From positions 32,001 to 96,000 of IMG/VR virus record IMGVR_UViG_3300030419_006839: DNA of 64,000 nt; one strand, given 5' to 3'. The number at the start of each line of letters is the position of its first letter. Positions within the stretch are counted from its first letter, which is position 1. Below the pieces are notes generated by a model that was given only the letters and a program-made list of their open reading frames with translations, was not told the DNA's origin and did not search any database. Shown here in pieces: positions 61,394-64,000 of this stretch. The stretch is from a virus. A program made the translations under genes and the position numbers.

Positions 61394-61594
61394 CTAACTT
61401 GTTATAGAATCAATTATTTTTTGAATGATTTTTTCAGTTAGGGTATCTATAAACTCATCTGTTTCATCCATTAATTTTTCTAGAACCATTTCAACGACTT
61501 TTTCTACTAATTCGTCACCTTGATCCTGAATTTCACTTACAACTTCATCTTTTAGCTTACCAGCTAAACTACTAGCTAAATCTCCAAATCCCAT
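61394..61594 (-). CDS. small acidic helical protein
   Basis: AGGAGGT RBS. Confidence 0.6.
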   Translation of the reverse strand: MGFGDLASSLAGKLKDEVVSEIQDQGDELVEKVVEMVLEKLMDETDEFIDTLTEKIIQKIIDSITS

Positions 61595-61604
61595 TACTTA
61601 CCTC

Positions 61605-62216
61605 CTATATTGATATAGAAAAATCTTTTTCTTTTTTTACATGTATTACATGATCTGCATGTATTTGTATGTCTTGTTTATGAGAAACCATTATGATTTG
61701 AATACCCAATCTTTCACAAATTTCGCTAATAAAGCTAGATGCGTTTTCCAGGTACTCCAAACTAAGAAACTTCAAAGGCTCATCCAAGATTATTATTTTA
61801 GATGAATTTTGAAGATGAATAAAAATAATACGAACAACTAAGGAAATTATATCGTTTATACCACCTCCTGATGATTTTTGTGGTGAAACTTCAATACCCT
61901 CCTCTGTTAAAAACACCTCTACGGCAGGTTGATTCCTGTATGTAGAAATTTTTATGTTGAAAATTATATCCTTTTCAAATATTTTACTTAAAGCTTCTGT
62001 GATTAGTGAGTTGAAGATTGAACAGATTTGACCTCTGTATTTTTCTGAAACAGCGATTAAAAAATTCTTTAATTCTTCGTATGTTTTGTCTAAGTTTTCT
62101 AATTCGGAAAGGTTTGTTTCATATCGAGTAACTGATTTTGATAACTCACCAATCTCTCTTTCATGTAGGTTAACTTCATTCAAGATATTATTGAGTTTAA
62201 TTTTTAAATTTTTCAT
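61605..62216 (-). CDS. SbcC/Rad50-like ATPase, C-terminal half only
   Basis: Coiled coil, signature SSGGG, Walker B IILDEP, H-loop MVSH; no Walker A. Confidence 0.85.
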   Translation of the reverse strand: MKNLKIKLNNILNEVNLHEREIGELSKSVTRYETNLSELENLDKTYEELKNFLIAVSEKYRGQICSIFNSLITEALSKIFEKDIIFNIKISTYRNQPAVEVFLTEEGIEVSPQKSSGGGINDIISLVVRIIFIHLQNSSKIIILDEPLKFLSLEYLENASSFISEICERLGIQIIMVSHKQDIQIHADHVIHVKKEKDFSISI

Positions 62217-62224
62217 ATTGATAT

Positions 62225-62250
62225 AAAAAAAGCCCACCATTTCGGTGGGC
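62225..62250 (-). terminator. intrinsic terminator after the SSB gene
   Basis: GCCCACC-GAAAT-GGTGGGC-T7. Confidence 0.85.
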
Positions 62251-62263
62251 AATTATTAGTTTT

Positions 62264-63142
62264 TTAGAAAGGTGAATCGTCTGATGCTGAATCAGAAGAT
62301 ATTTTATCTTGCATCATCTTCTTCAAATCAGCAGAAACATTATCGAAAGAACTAGAGTTGGAATCGTTATTATTAAAACCATTACCATTTTGACTTCCAC
62401 GATCTTCATGGACACCAGTTAGGTACTCTATTATCTCATCTCTAGTTCTGATTCGATAATAATCCTCTAGGTTAATAGAGTTGTTTTTAACTAAGTCAGA
62501 TTCTTCAGGACTTAGTGGTGATTCGTTTTTACCTGCAATAATTTCAAATTTCTGACCACCGAATCTATCAGGGTGGTACTTCAACAATAAATCATAACCA
62601 GACTTATCATCAGATGGATCTCCTCTATAAGACTCACTTAAAAAGTCTGCATTAGGGTCACTTTCAGAAGGAGGAGTTGCCATTTCTACTAACTCATTAA
62701 ATGGTGATTTCCTAAATCCAATAATACCCATCAATTCCTCTGGTGGTAAGCTTGACTTCTGTGCCATTCGGTCAATACAATTAATAGACGCTTGAAAAGT
62801 AGCTCTAGATGGTGTTGCATCCTTACCCCAAGAAGGAGGAGGCTGTTTAAACGAGCAAAAACCTAAATCTGAGTGCTTTTCACCTTTTAGCTGAAGGTCA
62901 TATACTTCATCAATTGGACACTTTCCATCTATACGAAGTATAGTAGATCCACTATAGTCATAATTTATACATGGAATAACAATAGTAACTGATGTTCCCG
63001 TTGTCTTCTCAACTTCAATGAAATGTAGTTGTCTTCGTACAATATCTCCTACTAGTCTTACTCTTGGATTTTTTTTCCAATCAATAAAGTTTGCCTTTGG
63101 TAAACTACCTGTGTTTTCAGCTTTAAGTTGTCCTAATTTCAT
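62264..63142 (-). CDS. gp32-like single-stranded DNA-binding protein
   Basis: RVRLV...HF...C...CPID, DP.D.KSGYDL, acidic tail ending DDSPF. Confidence 0.75.
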   Translation of the reverse strand: MKLGQLKAENTGSLPKANFIDWKKNPRVRLVGDIVRRQLHFIEVEKTTGTSVTIVIPCINYDYSGSTILRIDGKCPIDEVYDLQLKGEKHSDLGFCSFKQPPPSWGKDATPSRATFQASINCIDRMAQKSSLPPEELMGIIGFRKSPFNELVEMATPPSESDPNADFLSESYRGDPSDDKSGYDLLLKYHPDRFGGQKFEIIAGKNESPLSPEESDLVKNNSINLEDYYRIRTRDEIIEYLTGVHEDRGSQNGNGFNNNDSNSSSFDNVSADLKKMMQDKISSDSASDDSPF

Positions 63143-63210
63143 TTTTTCATTTCTCCATTTAATTTTAATTATTTTTGTTTTTAATTGGCTTAATTGCCTT
63201 ACAATTTAAA

Positions 63211-63236
63211 TTATCGACTGTTTTTAGTTAACTTTA
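63211..63236 (-). promoter_or_regulatory. class-1 sigma28-like promoter for the SSB gene
   Basis: TAAA-N14-GTCGATAA. Confidence 0.65.
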
Positions 63237-63247
63237 ATTTTTTTATT

Positions 63248-63362
63248 AAAAAAAAAGAAGAGTAGTTTAATTAAGCTATATTGAAGGATGGATACAGCTT
63301 TATGTCGGGTAAAGACAAAGAACTACTCTTCTATTAAGGAGTCACACAAACAACCAACACAC
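63248..63362 (-). ncRNA. candidate sRNA (three-way junction)
   Basis: Class-2 promoter at 63365-63394; 12-bp closing stem followed by a U-run; two internal hairpins. Confidence 0.5.
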
Positions 63363-63400
63363 TATATAACGTGATTTATGTTTGTTTATTTACTAAATAT

Positions 63401-63985
63401 TTAACTTTCTTGACTTGTTGAAGCTATTTGATTGATTGATAACTGAATATCATCAATTTTGTCTTCTAGGTTATCTAATCTATTTTCAGTTTCCTCTTTA
63501 GGAAGTGAATAAGATTTAAACATTGCATCTCTCTCACTCAAACTAGCAGCAATAGCATCAGTTAGGTCAGAATCCTCTAGTTCTTCTAAACCAGTAGGTA
63601 ATCCTGGATTTGGTAATTCTAAGCCATTAGAGCCTATTTTAGAGCCTTTAAGTGTCATCTTAAGGGGTACATCACCCCACTCGACTTCAGGTAGTCCGAA
63701 TCTATGTTTTCTAACATAATTTATTGTTAAAACACCTTCCATTAATTGTTGTCTGTCTAAATCCCATTGTTCTTGTTCATCTAAAGATTTTTCCAATCCC
63801 CAATCTAAATATACATCTCTATACCCAAAACCACCTTTGTGTCCAATTTTAGGGTTTGGTAAAGACCAAATCAATTCAGAATTTAAATGATATGCAAAGG
63901 TGGATAACTGAGGAATTAAGGCATCTTTTTCAAACTGTTCTTGTTGTTGTTCTGAGTTAAGCTTACCTGTGTTGGGTGTTACCAT
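63401..63985 (-). CDS. hypothetical protein, possibly the 3' part of a longer gene beginning outside the window
   Basis: ORF close to the window edge. Confidence 0.5.
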   Translation of the reverse strand: MVTPNTGKLNSEQQQEQFEKDALIPQLSTFAYHLNSELIWSLPNPKIGHKGGFGYRDVYLDWGLEKSLDEQEQWDLDRQQLMEGVLTINYVRKHRFGLPEVEWGDVPLKMTLKGSKIGSNGLELPNPGLPTGLEELEDSDLTDAIAASLSERDAMFKSYSLPKEETENRLDNLEDKIDDIQLSINQIASTSQES

Positions 63986-64000
63986 ACCTAAAACTAATGG

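Noticed and set aside
62217-62252. Track start of the SbcC C-half at 62252
   Set aside because: Overlaps the ssb terminator; ATG at 62216 is more plausible
1-64000. Stop-codon recoding, tRNA/rRNA genes, integrase/transposase, reverse transcriptase/DGR
   Set aside because: Known genes are full length in code 11 and all three stops are used; no cloverleaf or relevant catalytic motifs recognised by eye (tRNAscan not run)

Overview
A 64-kb segment of a large, AT-rich tailed dsDNA phage, probably a long-tailed siphovirus, read with the standard genetic code. 1-22.8 kb (+) is the tail module: GT9-like glycosyltransferase, tail tube, chaperone with a probable frameshift extension, 1995-aa tape measure, holin-like proteins and a 3318-aa tail-tip/adhesin. 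22.8-47.8 kb (mostly +) holds replication and auxiliary genes: DnaE, N-half of SbcC, SbcD, PQ-loop and PiT-like transporters, a ferredoxin-glutaredoxin-IscA-NfuA Fe-S cassette, a divergent flagellin preceded by a YjfB-like peptide, Hsp20 with a ROSE-like thermometer, a free TonB C-domain, ThyX, dNMP kinase, nucleases and a GH108 endolysin. 48.3-59.6 kb (-) is an early/host-takeover-like array of small-gene cassettes driven by 11 copies of a sigma28-like promoter repeat. It includes DNA ligase, a gp88-like protein, a clear T7 Ocr homologue followed by a candidate ~250-nt structured ncRNA, and three 156-bp hairpin repeats. 59.7-64 kb holds a T5orf172/GIY-YIG protein, the C-half of SbcC, a gp32-like SSB and a candidate sRNA. 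Protein motifs suggest a Poribacteria-like marine host (inference). The leading novel-system candidates are (i) flagellar-regulon mimicry (flagellin + YjfB-like peptides + sigma28-type promoters) and (ii) the Ocr-ncRNA unit. All family assignments are by eye; no searches or folding programs were run.
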